From Myxococcota bacterium (GTDB taxonomy: Bacteria > Myxococcota_A > UBA9160 > UBA4427): DNA of 64,000 nucleotides. The notes under the pieces were generated by a model that saw nothing but the letters and a program-made list of their open reading frames with translations, was not told the DNA's origin and ran no database searches. Below, in pieces: positions 9,377-18,540 of the stretch. A program made the position numbers and the translations under genes. The DNA lies in NCBI GenBank assembly GCA_965250285.1, contig OZ252299.1, forward strand, positions 5,728,001 through 5,792,000, given 5' to 3'. Within the stretch, counting starts at the first letter, position 1; the number at the start of each line of letters is the position of its first letter.

Positions 9377-11005
9377 TCAGCGCGCGGTGCCGGTCGACGT
9401 CGAGCGTCCGCAGTTGCGGCCGCTGAACACGCAGTCGGCGAGCGACAGGCCGCTGATGTACGAGTTCGAGCAGATACCGGCGGCCGTCCGCCCCGCCGCG
9501 TAGAGCCCCTCGATCGGCGTGCCGCTCTCGTGCAGGACCTGCCCTGAGAGTCCTTCGACCGTCAGGCCACCGAGCGTGATGCACGGCAGTGGGAACCAGG
9601 CGTTGCCGATGGTGCAGTTCACGGCGTAGTACGGGCCGCTGCCGAGGGGCACGAAGTGCTCTTTCGACTTGCCCTGCTCGTCCGGTGCGCCCGATCGCGC
9701 GCGTTCGTTGTAGGCGGTGATCGTGCGCTCGAGTTGGCGATGGGGGATCAAGCACTTCTCTTCGAGCTCGCCGATCGTGCCGGCTCGCTTTCGGTTGATG
9801 AAGAGCGCGATGAGCGCCGTGACATACTGAAAGTTGAGCTTCTTGGCGCGCTTCACATCGGCGAACACGCGATCGCGTCCGGCCTTGTCGAACACGAGCC
9901 ACGCGCGCCCGGCGTGATCGTCGACCGTCTTCTGGCCGATGGCCGAGCCGTAGAGCTCCTCGTTGCAGATACGCTCACCCTCGCCGTCGACCATGATGCC
10001 CTCGACCATGGGCACGGGCGGGTTGATGAACCGCCAGGCACCGACGCGATCCATCTGTGCGAGTCCGGCGCCGACGGTCTGCCCGAGCGAGAGGCCGCTG
10101 CCGTCGTCGGCCGCCGTACCGAGGGCCATGCCTTTCAGGTACGGCGCCGCGAAGCGCCGCATCAGCGCGCGGTTGTACACGAACCCGCCCGCCGCGAGCA
10201 CGACGCCGCCGCGCGCTCCGATGCGCACCGTGCGTCCGTGGTCACGCTCGAGGTCGGCGATCTTCTGCATCGTCCGCTCGTAGAAGCGCTCGCTGAACAT
10301 GCCGAGCTGGGTGGCCCGGGCCCGGAGCCGGGCGAGCTTCTTTGCGATCGGCCCCGAGCTCGGCAGCTCGCACATTTCGGCTCCGATGACGCGCCCCGAG
10401 GCGTCGATGACGAGCCGCTGCACGCGCGTATTCAGGCGAATCTCGGCCCCCGATGCCTTCGTCGCCTCGCGTACGTGTCGAAACAGCACGTTGCCGGTGA
10501 GCGCGTGCCCGAGTGCTCGGTGTCCGCGCGGGACGCTCGGCGTCGTGTCGCTGTACGGCGGGCACAGCTCGTTGCCCGAGAAGTAGAGTGTGACGTCGTC
10601 TTCGGGGTACGACGTCTTCGGTGCGTGACCGCTCGGCGGGAAGGGCACGCCCATGTCTTCGAGGAAGGCGAGGTCGTCGAGGCTTCGGTCGCAGTAGGCG
10701 CGCAGCACCTCGTCGGGCACACAGCCCTGTGTCTCGAGCGAGAGATAGCGGTACATCTGCTCGGGGTCGTCCTGATAGCCGGCCGCCACCTGCTGTCGCG
10801 AGCCGCCGCCGGCGATGAAGACGCCGCCGCTGCGTGCGCTCGCGCCACCGCCCCCGAATCGATCGACGATGCAGACCGAGGCGCCCGCGCGCCGCGCTTC
10901 GATCGCGGCGCTGGCCCCCGCGAGGCCGAAACCGACGACGAGCACGTCGACATGATGGTCGAGCGCGTCCTCGGTGAGCGTGACGGGCGGCAGGATCGGC
11001 TGCAT
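9377..11005 (-). CDS. FAD-binding oxidoreductase, 3-ketosteroid dehydrogenase-like
   Basis: Start MQPILPP; 'VLVVGFGLAG', 'GGGASARSGG', 'GVVLAAGGF', 'ITLGGL', 'GLYAAGR', 'YISGLSLADCVFSGR'. Confidence 0.88.
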   Translation of the reverse strand: MQPILPPVTLTEDALDHHVDVLVVGFGLAGASAAIEARRAGASVCIVDRFGGGGASARSGGVFIAGGGSRQQVAAGYQDDPEQMYRYLSLETQGCVPDEVLRAYCDRSLDDLAFLEDMGVPFPPSGHAPKTSYPEDDVTLYFSGNELCPPYSDTTPSVPRGHRALGHALTGNVLFRHVREATKASGAEIRLNTRVQRLVIDASGRVIGAEMCELPSSGPIAKKLARLRARATQLGMFSERFYERTMQKIADLERDHGRTVRIGARGGVVLAAGGFVYNRALMRRFAAPYLKGMALGTAADDGSGLSLGQTVGAGLAQMDRVGAWRFINPPVPMVEGIMVDGEGERICNEELYGSAIGQKTVDDHAGRAWLVFDKAGRDRVFADVKRAKKLNFQYVTALIALFINRKRAGTIGELEEKCLIPHRQLERTITAYNERARSGAPDEQGKSKEHFVPLGSGPYYAVNCTIGNAWFPLPCITLGGLTVEGLSGQVLHESGTPIEGLYAAGRTAAGICSNSYISGLSLADCVFSGRNCGRSTSTGTAR

Positions 11006-11045
11006 GACGAACGGGTCTCCAAAGAACGGACGGTCAAGAGTAACA

Positions 11046-11191
11046 CCGGTCGTGCCGGCTTCGGACGTGCGCGCCGCGATCCGGTCGTGCCGGCTTCGGA
11101 CGTGCGCGCCGCGATCCGGTCGTGCCGGCTTCGGCGATGCGCGCGCCGATCCGGTCGTGCCGGCTTCGGCGATGCGCGCCCCGATCCGGTC
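11046..11191. repeat. 4 x 35 bp tandem repeat in a divergent intergenic region
   Basis: Unit ccggtcgtgccggcttcggacgtgcgcgccgcgat at 11046 and 11081; variant units at 11116 and 11151; partial ccggtc at 11186. Confidence 0.95.
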
Positions 11192-11261
11192 TGACGCGCA
11201 CCGATCGCAGCCGCCACGGGGCGAGCTACGCTCGAAGGCGAGCCCCCGACGAGGAGTGCGG

Positions 11262-12485
11262 ATGGAACCCGTGAGCTGGTTCGAAGACGCGATCGTGCCC
11301 GTCCGAGCCGATATCGGCGAGGCCCACGCCGAGTACTGGCGTCGTCTCGCTGCGCCCGGCACGTGGTGGACGGGCGCCGAGCGCGTCGCCATCGCAGCGG
11401 AGAGCCGCGCGGCGCTCGACTGCAAGCTGTGTCGCGAGCGCAAGGTCGCGCTCTCGCCGAACTCGGTCGTCGGTGAGCATGACACCGCGCCGGGTTCGAC
11501 CGAGTGCCTTCCGTCGGCAGCCATCGACGCCGTCCACCGCATCGTGACCGACGCCGCGCGCCTGTCTTCGGGCTTTCTGCGCAGCATCGAGAGCGAGGGG
11601 GTCGACGACGGGCGCTACGTCGAGCTCGTCGGGATCGTCGTCGCCATGATCAGCATCGACGAGATGGCGCGGGGTGTCGGCGCACCGCTCGCGCCCTTGC
11701 CCGAGCCGATCCCGGGTGAGCCGACCCGCAAGCGACCCGACGAGGCCAAGCCCGACGGCGCGTGGGTGCCGATGCTCCCCGAGTCACAGCCCAAGGGTGA
11801 GAACGCCGATCTCTGGCCCCGCGGCGCAAACGTCATCCGCGCGATGAGCCTCGTGCCGAATGCGGTGCGCGATCTCAAGCTGCTCTCGGCCGTGCACTAC
11901 CTGCCGATGGAGCAGGTCATCGACATGTCGCAGGGCGGCATCATGTCGCGCCCGCAGATGGAGCTCGTGGCGGGCCGCGTCAGCGCCCTGAACGAGTGCT
12001 TCTACTGAACGTCTTCACACGCGATGATGCTCCGTGCGAGCGTCGAGATGGATGGCGGTGAGGTCGATCTGAATGCGGTGACGAAGCCCGGCGAGGATCC
12101 GGGTGAAGCGCTCGAGGGCGCGACCGAGCTCCTTGCGTTCGCCGACGCCATGGTCGGGCGTGACGAGGCCGAGCTGGACCAGGCGCGACGAGCACTGATC
12201 GACCGCCTGGGTGCCGAGCAATTCGTCGAAGCGGCGGCCGTGGTCGCCAACTTCCAGCGCATGGTGCGCATCGCCGATGCGACGGGCATCCCGCTCGACG
12301 GCATCGTGATGACGATGACCGACGACTTTCGCGGCGAGCTCGGCATCGATGCCTTCGAGGGCGCGGCGCGATCGAAGCCGGTCGGCGTCGTCGGGAAGGT
12401 GACCGCTCCGCTGCTGCGCGGTTTCTTCAAGCGGGTGATGCCGCGGCTTGCGAAGCGGATGGCGCCGGGCCCGGTCGAGCGCTGA
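11262..12485 (+). CDS. alkylhydroperoxidase (AhpD)-related selenoprotein, Sec at in-frame TGA 12006-12008 (407 aa)
   Basis: RBS GAGGAG + ATG 11262; AhpD-like 'ELVAGRVSALNECFY' then TGA; same frame continues 'TSSHAMMLRAS' into the 12024-12485 ORF; CxxU motif; hairpin downstream. Confidence 0.85.
12026..12044 (+). promoter_or_regulatory. putative bacterial SECIS element
   Basis: GATGCTC-cgtgc-GAGCGTC: 7-bp stem (one G-U) with a GU-containing 5-nt loop starting about 24 nt after the in-frame TGA. Confidence 0.65.
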
Positions 12486-12523
12486 GTGCGCGCCGCTGGC
12501 CCGAGCGGCCGCGTACCCGTCGC

Positions 12524-13228
12524 TCAGACGCCTTCGGCGGGCAGACCGAACTGCACTCGGATCTCTGCGAGGGGCTCCTCGAAGCGATCTTCCCAGCGCT
12601 CGAGCTGAAGGTTCTGTGTCTCGCGCCCGAGTCGCCAGCCGCGACTGATTGCGTCCATGACCGGCACGATGCCATCGGGCTCGAGGAACGTCATGCGCGA
12701 CGTCGTCGTCGCCATCCACATCCCGAAATAGGGAAACTGGAGCTGCGCCAGGCAGAACGCCTGCAGCTCGAGCTCGTGCAGCGAGCTCGGCGTGTAGCCC
12801 GTGACGACGTGCAACAGGTCGTGAATCTGGAACCCGCGGATGATCGCGTACTTCAGGTCGGCCGGCATTCGGTCGAGCCGGCCCTTCGCCGACATGAACT
12901 CATGGAGCTGCGCGTAGTTGGTGGCGAGATTCTTCTCGAGCCCGTTGTGGGTCAGAAACTCGAAGTAGCTCCGTCCGAGCGATCCCGCCGGCATCGCCTC
13001 GAGCGTCGCGAGCTCGATCGGGTCGGCGAGGTACCCGGCCTCGAGGAACGCCTTGGCGCCGGGCGTCTTGCTGAAGCCATCGAGGTAGCGTTCGATCGTG
13101 ATCTCGGGAGCGGTCGCCCACCACTCGTTGAAGAGCAGATGGACCCCGTGTGCCTGCGGATCGTCGAAGGTCTGCACCATCTTCTCGACGAAGTCGGGGT
13201 GGAGTCGCGGCTTGTCCGAAGTCGCCAT
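12524..13228 (-). CDS. Coq4-family protein
   Basis: 'LEAMPAGSLGRSY', 'HDLLHVVTGY', 'ELELQAF', 'RWEDRFEEPL'. Confidence 0.85.
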   Translation of the reverse strand: MATSDKPRLHPDFVEKMVQTFDDPQAHGVHLLFNEWWATAPEITIERYLDGFSKTPGAKAFLEAGYLADPIELATLEAMPAGSLGRSYFEFLTHNGLEKNLATNYAQLHEFMSAKGRLDRMPADLKYAIIRGFQIHDLLHVVTGYTPSSLHELELQAFCLAQLQFPYFGMWMATTTSRMTFLEPDGIVPVMDAISRGWRLGRETQNLQLERWEDRFEEPLAEIRVQFGLPAEGV

Positions 13229-13376
13229 CGCGTGCTCCCGCGCGCGGCCGAGTCGACGGCCGCCTGGGTTGGCCGGCACGACCGACCCTGCGCGCGATCA
13301 TGCCCCTCGCGGGCATCAGATGGCAACCGCTTCGCGCTCTCGGGCGACTCGCGGCGCTCCGGGAGCGAGTCTGTGC

Positions 13377-14141
13377 TCAGTCGGCGCCCGGCAGCCACTT
13401 CATGCGAACGCCGGCCGACCAGCCGCCGTCGCTCACGAACTCGGAGCCCGTCGAGTACGAGCAATCGTCGCTCGCGATGAAGAGCGCCATGCGCGCGATG
13501 TCCTCGCTGCGACCGCAGCGGGGCAGCGCCTGGTCCTTGTAGAACTCGTCGATGGTCTCGATCGCGGTCGGGTTGCCCATGATCGTGTCGACCCCACCAG
13601 GATGCAGCGAGTTGACGCGGATGCCGTGGTGGCCGAACTCGAGCGCTGCGACCTTGGTCATGCCGCGGATCGCCCACTTCGACGATGCGTACGCGACGAT
13701 GCCGTTCTTCGCCTGGAGCCCGTCGATCGAGGACACGTTGACGATCGAGCCGCCGCCGCCCGCCTTCATGACGGGCGCGACGCTCTTCATGCCGAGGAAG
13801 CATCCGAGCTGATTGATCTCGATGATGCGCATGTAGTCCTCGATCGACTGCTCTTGGATCGAAGCGAACTGCATGACGGCCGCGTTGTTCACGAGGACGT
13901 TCAGCGTGCCGTAGTCGGCCGCGGCATCGAGGGCCGACTTCCAGCTCTCGGGCTGGCGAACGTCCATTTGAACGAAGGTGCAGGCGTCGCCGATGTCTGC
14001 GGCGACGGCCCGGCCCTCTTCTTCGAGGACGTCCCCGATCACGACCTTCGCGCCCTCGTCACAGAAGAGGCGCGCCTCGGCCTCACCCTGTCCGCGGGCA
14101 CCGCCCGTGATGATCGCCACCTTGCCGTCGAGCCTGCCCAT
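13377..14141 (-). CDS. SDR oxidoreductase (3-alpha(20-beta)-hydroxysteroid dehydrogenase-like)
   Basis: TGGARGQG, VNNAA, NVSS, YASSK, 'IRVNSLHPG'. Confidence 0.93.
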   Translation of the reverse strand: MGRLDGKVAIITGGARGQGEAEARLFCDEGAKVVIGDVLEEEGRAVAADIGDACTFVQMDVRQPESWKSALDAAADYGTLNVLVNNAAVMQFASIQEQSIEDYMRIIEINQLGCFLGMKSVAPVMKAGGGGSIVNVSSIDGLQAKNGIVAYASSKWAIRGMTKVAALEFGHHGIRVNSLHPGGVDTIMGNPTAIETIDEFYKDQALPRCGRSEDIARMALFIASDDCSYSTGSEFVSDGGWSAGVRMKWLPGAD

Positions 14142-14217
14142 CGAGTCGTTCTCCTGTCGGGGTTCGGCGTCGCCGCGCAGGTCGCGCCGGGCGCCGAGGG
14201 GGCGATATCGTACCGCC

Positions 14218-14931
14218 ATGGAGACCCTGGCGCTGCGCGTGAGTCACAAGCGGCCGGAGCCCGTCGACTTCGAAGTGCCGACGGGCTTCGTCGAGATCCA
14301 GCATGAGCGCTCGCATGGCGTGTTGCTGACTCCGGAAGAGATCGATCCCGACGCCACCTATCCGCTGGTCACCGTGTTGCACGGCGCGGGCCGCATGGAA
14401 GAGGCGTTCGTCAAGATGTGCCGCCGCATTCCGGACGAGCGGCAGATGCTCGTCTTCATTCCGGTGTCGGTCGAGCCGACGTGGGATCTCATCGTGCGAG
14501 ACGGCACACGACCCGACGCAGACTTCCTCGAGCATGCGTTCGACCTGATCTACCGGCGATTTCCGGTGGCCGAGCACAAGCAGGCGCTGCTCGGGTTCTC
14601 GGATGGCGCGAGCTATGCGCTCTCACTCGGGCTCTCGAACCCTGCGCTCTTCGATGCGCTGATGGCGTGGGCCGCCGGCTTCGTCGCGGTCGACGGCGCG
14701 ATCGTCACCGACGACGATCCGAAGCAGCGCGTCTATCTCGAGTACGGCACCCACGACGAGCTCTTCCCCTTCGAGCAGGTGGCGCTGGGCATGAAGCAGA
14801 GCCTCGAGCAGGCCGGGCACGACGTGACGTTCAGCGTCGACGAAGGCGGTCGCCACTGGCCCTCTGGGTCGTTCCTTCCCGAGGCGCTGCAGTGGTGGCT
14901 GGGCGATCCGCCGCCGCGGCGGGTGGGCTGA
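14218..14931 (+). CDS. alpha/beta hydrolase (phospholipase/carboxylesterase family)
   Basis: 'LHGAG', nucleophile elbow GFSDG, 'GTHDELFP', 'GGRH'. Confidence 0.88.
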   Translation: METLALRVSHKRPEPVDFEVPTGFVEIQHERSHGVLLTPEEIDPDATYPLVTVLHGAGRMEEAFVKMCRRIPDERQMLVFIPVSVEPTWDLIVRDGTRPDADFLEHAFDLIYRRFPVAEHKQALLGFSDGASYALSLGLSNPALFDALMAWAAGFVAVDGAIVTDDDPKQRVYLEYGTHDELFPFEQVALGMKQSLEQAGHDVTFSVDEGGRHWPSGSFLPEALQWWLGDPPPRRVG

Positions 14932-14949
14932 AGCGAAGGCGCGCGAAGC

Positions 14950-15540
14950 TCAGGTGGCATCGCGGCATAGGATGAAGGTGCCGATCACCTTCTTCTCGCG
15001 CTTGTGGGCCTGGCCGATCGACACGTGGGACGAGACGCGGCGCATGTAGTCGCGGGTCTCGAAGTACACGAAGCGCTGCAGCCCCTGGCGGTTCGGTCGC
15101 ACGGGCGGCCAGCTGGTTGCGACCTCGGCGTCGGGCACCATGTAGTAGTCGACGACGATTGCGCCGCGGGAGTCGCCGGCTTCGGTCTCATGCGCCACGA
15201 AGTAGCCGGGCCCGATCAGGGGGCGACTCGGCCCCTCGTTGAAGCCGAACAGCCGCGACCCGTCGCCCGCGGGTCGGCAGAATCGCTTCTCGAAGAGCTT
15301 GAACGCCGGCAGACTGTTGCGGCCGAAGTGGACGACCTCGTCCCGGGCCGCCGTGTCGCTCGGCACGAAGAACGAGAGATCGAGCGGCGGACTCGATGCG
15401 GCGCATTCGAACAGTCGCCGCTGATCGGCCCCGCCGAGGGCTTGCGTCTCCGCCCGGCGCCTGGCCGGGTCGAGCGCATCGAGGTGCGCCGAGATCTCGT
15501 CGATCTTCGCGTCACCTCGCACGAGCGATTCGAGCGACAC
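14950..15540 (-). CDS. hypothetical protein
   Basis: GTG start with GGAG RBS, strong codon bias, globular 196 aa; no family recognised. Confidence 0.75.
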   Translation of the reverse strand: MSLESLVRGDAKIDEISAHLDALDPARRRAETQALGGADQRRLFECAASSPPLDLSFFVPSDTAARDEVVHFGRNSLPAFKLFEKRFCRPAGDGSRLFGFNEGPSRPLIGPGYFVAHETEAGDSRGAIVVDYYMVPDAEVATSWPPVRPNRQGLQRFVYFETRDYMRRVSSHVSIGQAHKREKKVIGTFILCRDAT

Positions 15541-15648
15541 GCGGTCTCCTCTGCGACCCCGTCCCAGGCAGCAGACCCCGGACTCACGCGAGCATAGTCG
15601 ACTCGGGAGGCCGCAGTGTCGCGGGTCGCGCGCCGGAGCGCAGCCCGA

Positions 15649-16947
15649 TCACGAGGCGTCGAAGAACGGGTCGTCGGGCTCTTCGCGATCGATGAAGCGG
15701 TGCCGGTGGCCGCCCTGCTGCTTGGCCGCGTACATGGCCGCGTCGGCTGCCTCGTGCAGCTCCTCGACCGTGTCGCCGTCGTCGGGATAGAGGGCTACGC
15801 CGATGCTGGCCGAGAGTGTCCCCACGACGCCGGGCGCGATCTCGACGTCGCCCGAGAGCTCGCTCTGCAAGCGCAGTGCAAACGTGTGAGCGGCCTCGCG
15901 CGAATCGAGAAGCTCGACGAGGACCGCAAACTCGTCGCCGCCGAGGCGGGCGACCGCGTCGGTCACGCGCAGGAACCGGCGCAGTCGGTTGCCGACCGCC
16001 TGCAGCATCCGATCGCCCGCCGGGTGACCGTGTTCGTCGTTGACCGACTTGAACTCGTCGAGGTCGATCATGAACAGGCCGACCTTCTGTTTGGTGCGGT
16101 CGGCGCGGCGCAGAGCCGTTTCCTGCAGCTCCATGAAGAGCCGGCGATTGGGCAGCTGCGTGAGGATGTCGTGTCCGGCCTGGTAGCGGAACTTCGCGCG
16201 CTCGAGCGCGATCGTTCGGCGGAGATTGGCGTTGATGGTTTCGTACGCACCGATCACCGCCGATGCCCCGATGCACGCGATCGAGAGGTTGATCAGAGCG
16301 GTGGCCCGGTAGGTCGGGATGTCCATCGAAGGGATGTACACGAGGCCCGTCTGCTGGAGCACGAAGAGCGTGGCGGTCGTCGCGATCACGGCGCCGCTCC
16401 AGGCGGTACACGCGCGCTTTCCACTCAGCAGGCCGGCGACGATCGGGGCCATCACCCAGAGCGCGACGACCGAAGACTGAATGCCGCCGAGCATCAGGGC
16501 CGAGACGGCCATCGTCGCAAAGACGTTGGCGACGGTCGTGTGCGCGGCGAGTTCGAGCGCGCCGACTCGCACGGCGGTGAGGCCGACGCCGAGGCCGACG
16601 ACGAACGCGGGCATGACCACGATGGCGACCTCGCGGCTCACCTGCGGCATGTCGAGCACCGTCACCATGAGGATCGCGACACCGGCCGCGAGCACCCCGA
16701 AGATCAGATTGAATGTGACGACGAGCTCGGCTCGCAGCCGTTCCAGCTCGCTCTGGATCGCGGGGCGGGGCAGGAACCAGCCCACCGCGGAACGTCCCAG
16801 CGCGAACACGCGACCGACGCCGTGCCGCCCGGCCGCCCGGCCGGACGGGGGCTCTTCGCCGCCGATCCGGGCGCCGTCCTGGAGATCCTCGAACATGCGT
16901 TCTGCATCGACGACGAGGAACTCGCTCTTGAGCGAGGCGCTGCGCAC
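15649..16947 (-). CDS. membrane-bound diguanylate cyclase (GGDEF); start uncertain
   Basis: About 5-6 TM helices; 'DILTQLPNRR', 'DLDEFKSVND', RxxD I-site (RVTD) five residues before intact GGDEF. Confidence 0.92.
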   Translation of the reverse strand: MRSASLKSEFLVVDAERMFEDLQDGARIGGEEPPSGRAAGRHGVGRVFALGRSAVGWFLPRPAIQSELERLRAELVVTFNLIFGVLAAGVAILMVTVLDMPQVSREVAIVVMPAFVVGLGVGLTAVRVGALELAAHTTVANVFATMAVSALMLGGIQSSVVALWVMAPIVAGLLSGKRACTAWSGAVIATTATLFVLQQTGLVYIPSMDIPTYRATALINLSIACIGASAVIGAYETINANLRRTIALERAKFRYQAGHDILTQLPNRRLFMELQETALRRADRTKQKVGLFMIDLDEFKSVNDEHGHPAGDRMLQAVGNRLRRFLRVTDAVARLGGDEFAVLVELLDSREAAHTFALRLQSELSGDVEIAPGVVGTLSASIGVALYPDDGDTVEELHEAADAAMYAAKQQGGHRHRFIDREEPDDPFFDAS

Positions 16948-17040
16948 CCCGCGCTTCCGCGCCCGGCATGGCGCGATCGACGCTCGGGTTTCGAAGCAGT
17001 TCGGGCGGGGTCCCAGGCGAGTGCGTGTATTCCGCTCAGG

Positions 17041-18399
17041 CTAGAACGCGTACTCGAGTGAGACGCGCAGGGCGTTGTACTGCTGTGCGCCGGTGTAGGT
17101 GAGGCCGATCGACGCGCGGTCGCGCACCGCGCCGCTGCCGAGCGACCGCGTGGCCCCGAAGTGCAGGCCCACTTCGTTGTAGTGCTCGGTGAACACGCGT
17201 GAGCCGAGCAGCCAGTTGTCGGTGAAATCGAGGCGCACGAACATCGGCTGCTGACGGAATCGGAGCGGGAGCGCTTGCTCGACCTCGAAGCCGTTGCGGA
17301 CGAGATAGTTCGTGATCGCGTAGGTGATCTCGTAGCCGAGCCACTCGATGCCGTCGATGCTCGACGAAGCGCTGAAGCTGTTGCCGAGTCGGAGCGTCGT
17401 GCGGCCGATCTTCCACTGCATGTGGCTCGAGACCGCGGTCGAATAGAGCACGGCGAGCCCGCCGAGCTGGAGCGAGCCTGCGATTCCGGCGCGACCCTGC
17501 GTGTAGATGTTCCACCAGGGCGTGGCGCGGTACAGCAGGCCGATGCCCGCATGGGCCGACGCGGTGTGTGCGTCGCGTTCGGTCTGCGTGTAGGCGATCG
17601 GCATGTCGAAGGTGATCGCGAGCCGTGGTTCCTTCAGGTTCAGGGTGTACTCGAACGCCAGATCGGCCACGAAGCCGTTCCACGGGCCGCCCCAGAATGG
17701 CGAGTAGTCGGCACGCACGTTGAAGACGTCGTCGCCTGTCCAGACCTCGCCGTTCTCATCGGCGGCGAACTCGTCCTTGGGGCGAAACGCCGCGCGAGCG
17801 GCGAGGTCGTAGGGTGCCTGCATCATGCGCGACTGCAGGCTGAAGGGGTTGCCCGCGACCGGGTCGACGGCCGAGTCGGCGACGAAGGCCTGCAGCAGGT
17901 TGGTGAGCGCGGTGGCTTCCGAGTCGGGGAGCGGCAGGCCGTTCTCGAGCCAGCTCTCGAAGAGGTCGAGCGACTCCTCGCGGCTGTCGCCGTCGAAGGC
18001 GATGTCGATCCCTGCGGCCTCGATCTGGAAGAAGAAGGCGGCGTCGTTCTCGTTGAACCCGGCCCGCGCCGCGACGCCGCGCAGGTTCAGGTTGGCGTAG
18101 ACGCGATCGGTCAGCGGATCGTAGTTGCCGCTGGTCAGGTCGTTCAGCGCCGAGCCATCGAAGAGCGTGTCGACGTCGAAGACCGAATTCACACCGCGCT
18201 GGAGGTTCGTGTAGACGCCGATCTCGTAGTTCGCACGGAACAGCTGATCGCGGACGTCGGCCCTCGCGTCGCTGGCAAGGCCGAAGCCGAGCACGACCCC
18301 CCAGAGCACGACGCCGAGGCGCAGGCTGTGGATGCTCGGGCGGCGTCGAAGGGCCAGGCTGGACTGTCGCGGAGCGGGCATGGCGGCGACTCGGGTCAC
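17041..18399 (-). CDS. exported hypothetical protein, probable outer-membrane beta-barrel C-terminal domain
   Basis: Signal peptide ending ARA-D; amphipathic beta strands; C-terminal 'LRVSLEYAF' (terminal Phe). Confidence 0.7.
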   Translation of the reverse strand: MTRVAAMPAPRQSSLALRRRPSIHSLRLGVVLWGVVLGFGLASDARADVRDQLFRANYEIGVYTNLQRGVNSVFDVDTLFDGSALNDLTSGNYDPLTDRVYANLNLRGVAARAGFNENDAAFFFQIEAAGIDIAFDGDSREESLDLFESWLENGLPLPDSEATALTNLLQAFVADSAVDPVAGNPFSLQSRMMQAPYDLAARAAFRPKDEFAADENGEVWTGDDVFNVRADYSPFWGGPWNGFVADLAFEYTLNLKEPRLAITFDMPIAYTQTERDAHTASAHAGIGLLYRATPWWNIYTQGRAGIAGSLQLGGLAVLYSTAVSSHMQWKIGRTTLRLGNSFSASSSIDGIEWLGYEITYAITNYLVRNGFEVEQALPLRFRQQPMFVRLDFTDNWLLGSRVFTEHYNEVGLHFGATRSLGSGAVRDRASIGLTYTGAQQYNALRVSLEYAF

Positions 18400-18540
18400 A
18401 CGGTGAAAGGCGCGGCCGCAGATTGCCCGACCGAATTGCGCGGGGCAAGCAGCGGCGTCCGCGAAGGTGGACTCGATCGTGCTTTGTGTCTCGCGGTCGA
18501 TGAATTCCGCCGGCTTTCACGTCCCACGTTGCGGTTCGCG

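Noticed and set aside
11046..11191. Mini-CRISPR interpretation of the 35-bp repeats
   Set aside because: The variable parts are only 16 bp and are duplicates of each other; this is a tandem repeat
13274..13286. 13-nt reverse-complement match to the 35-bp repeat core
   Set aside because: Too short and GC-rich to be significant
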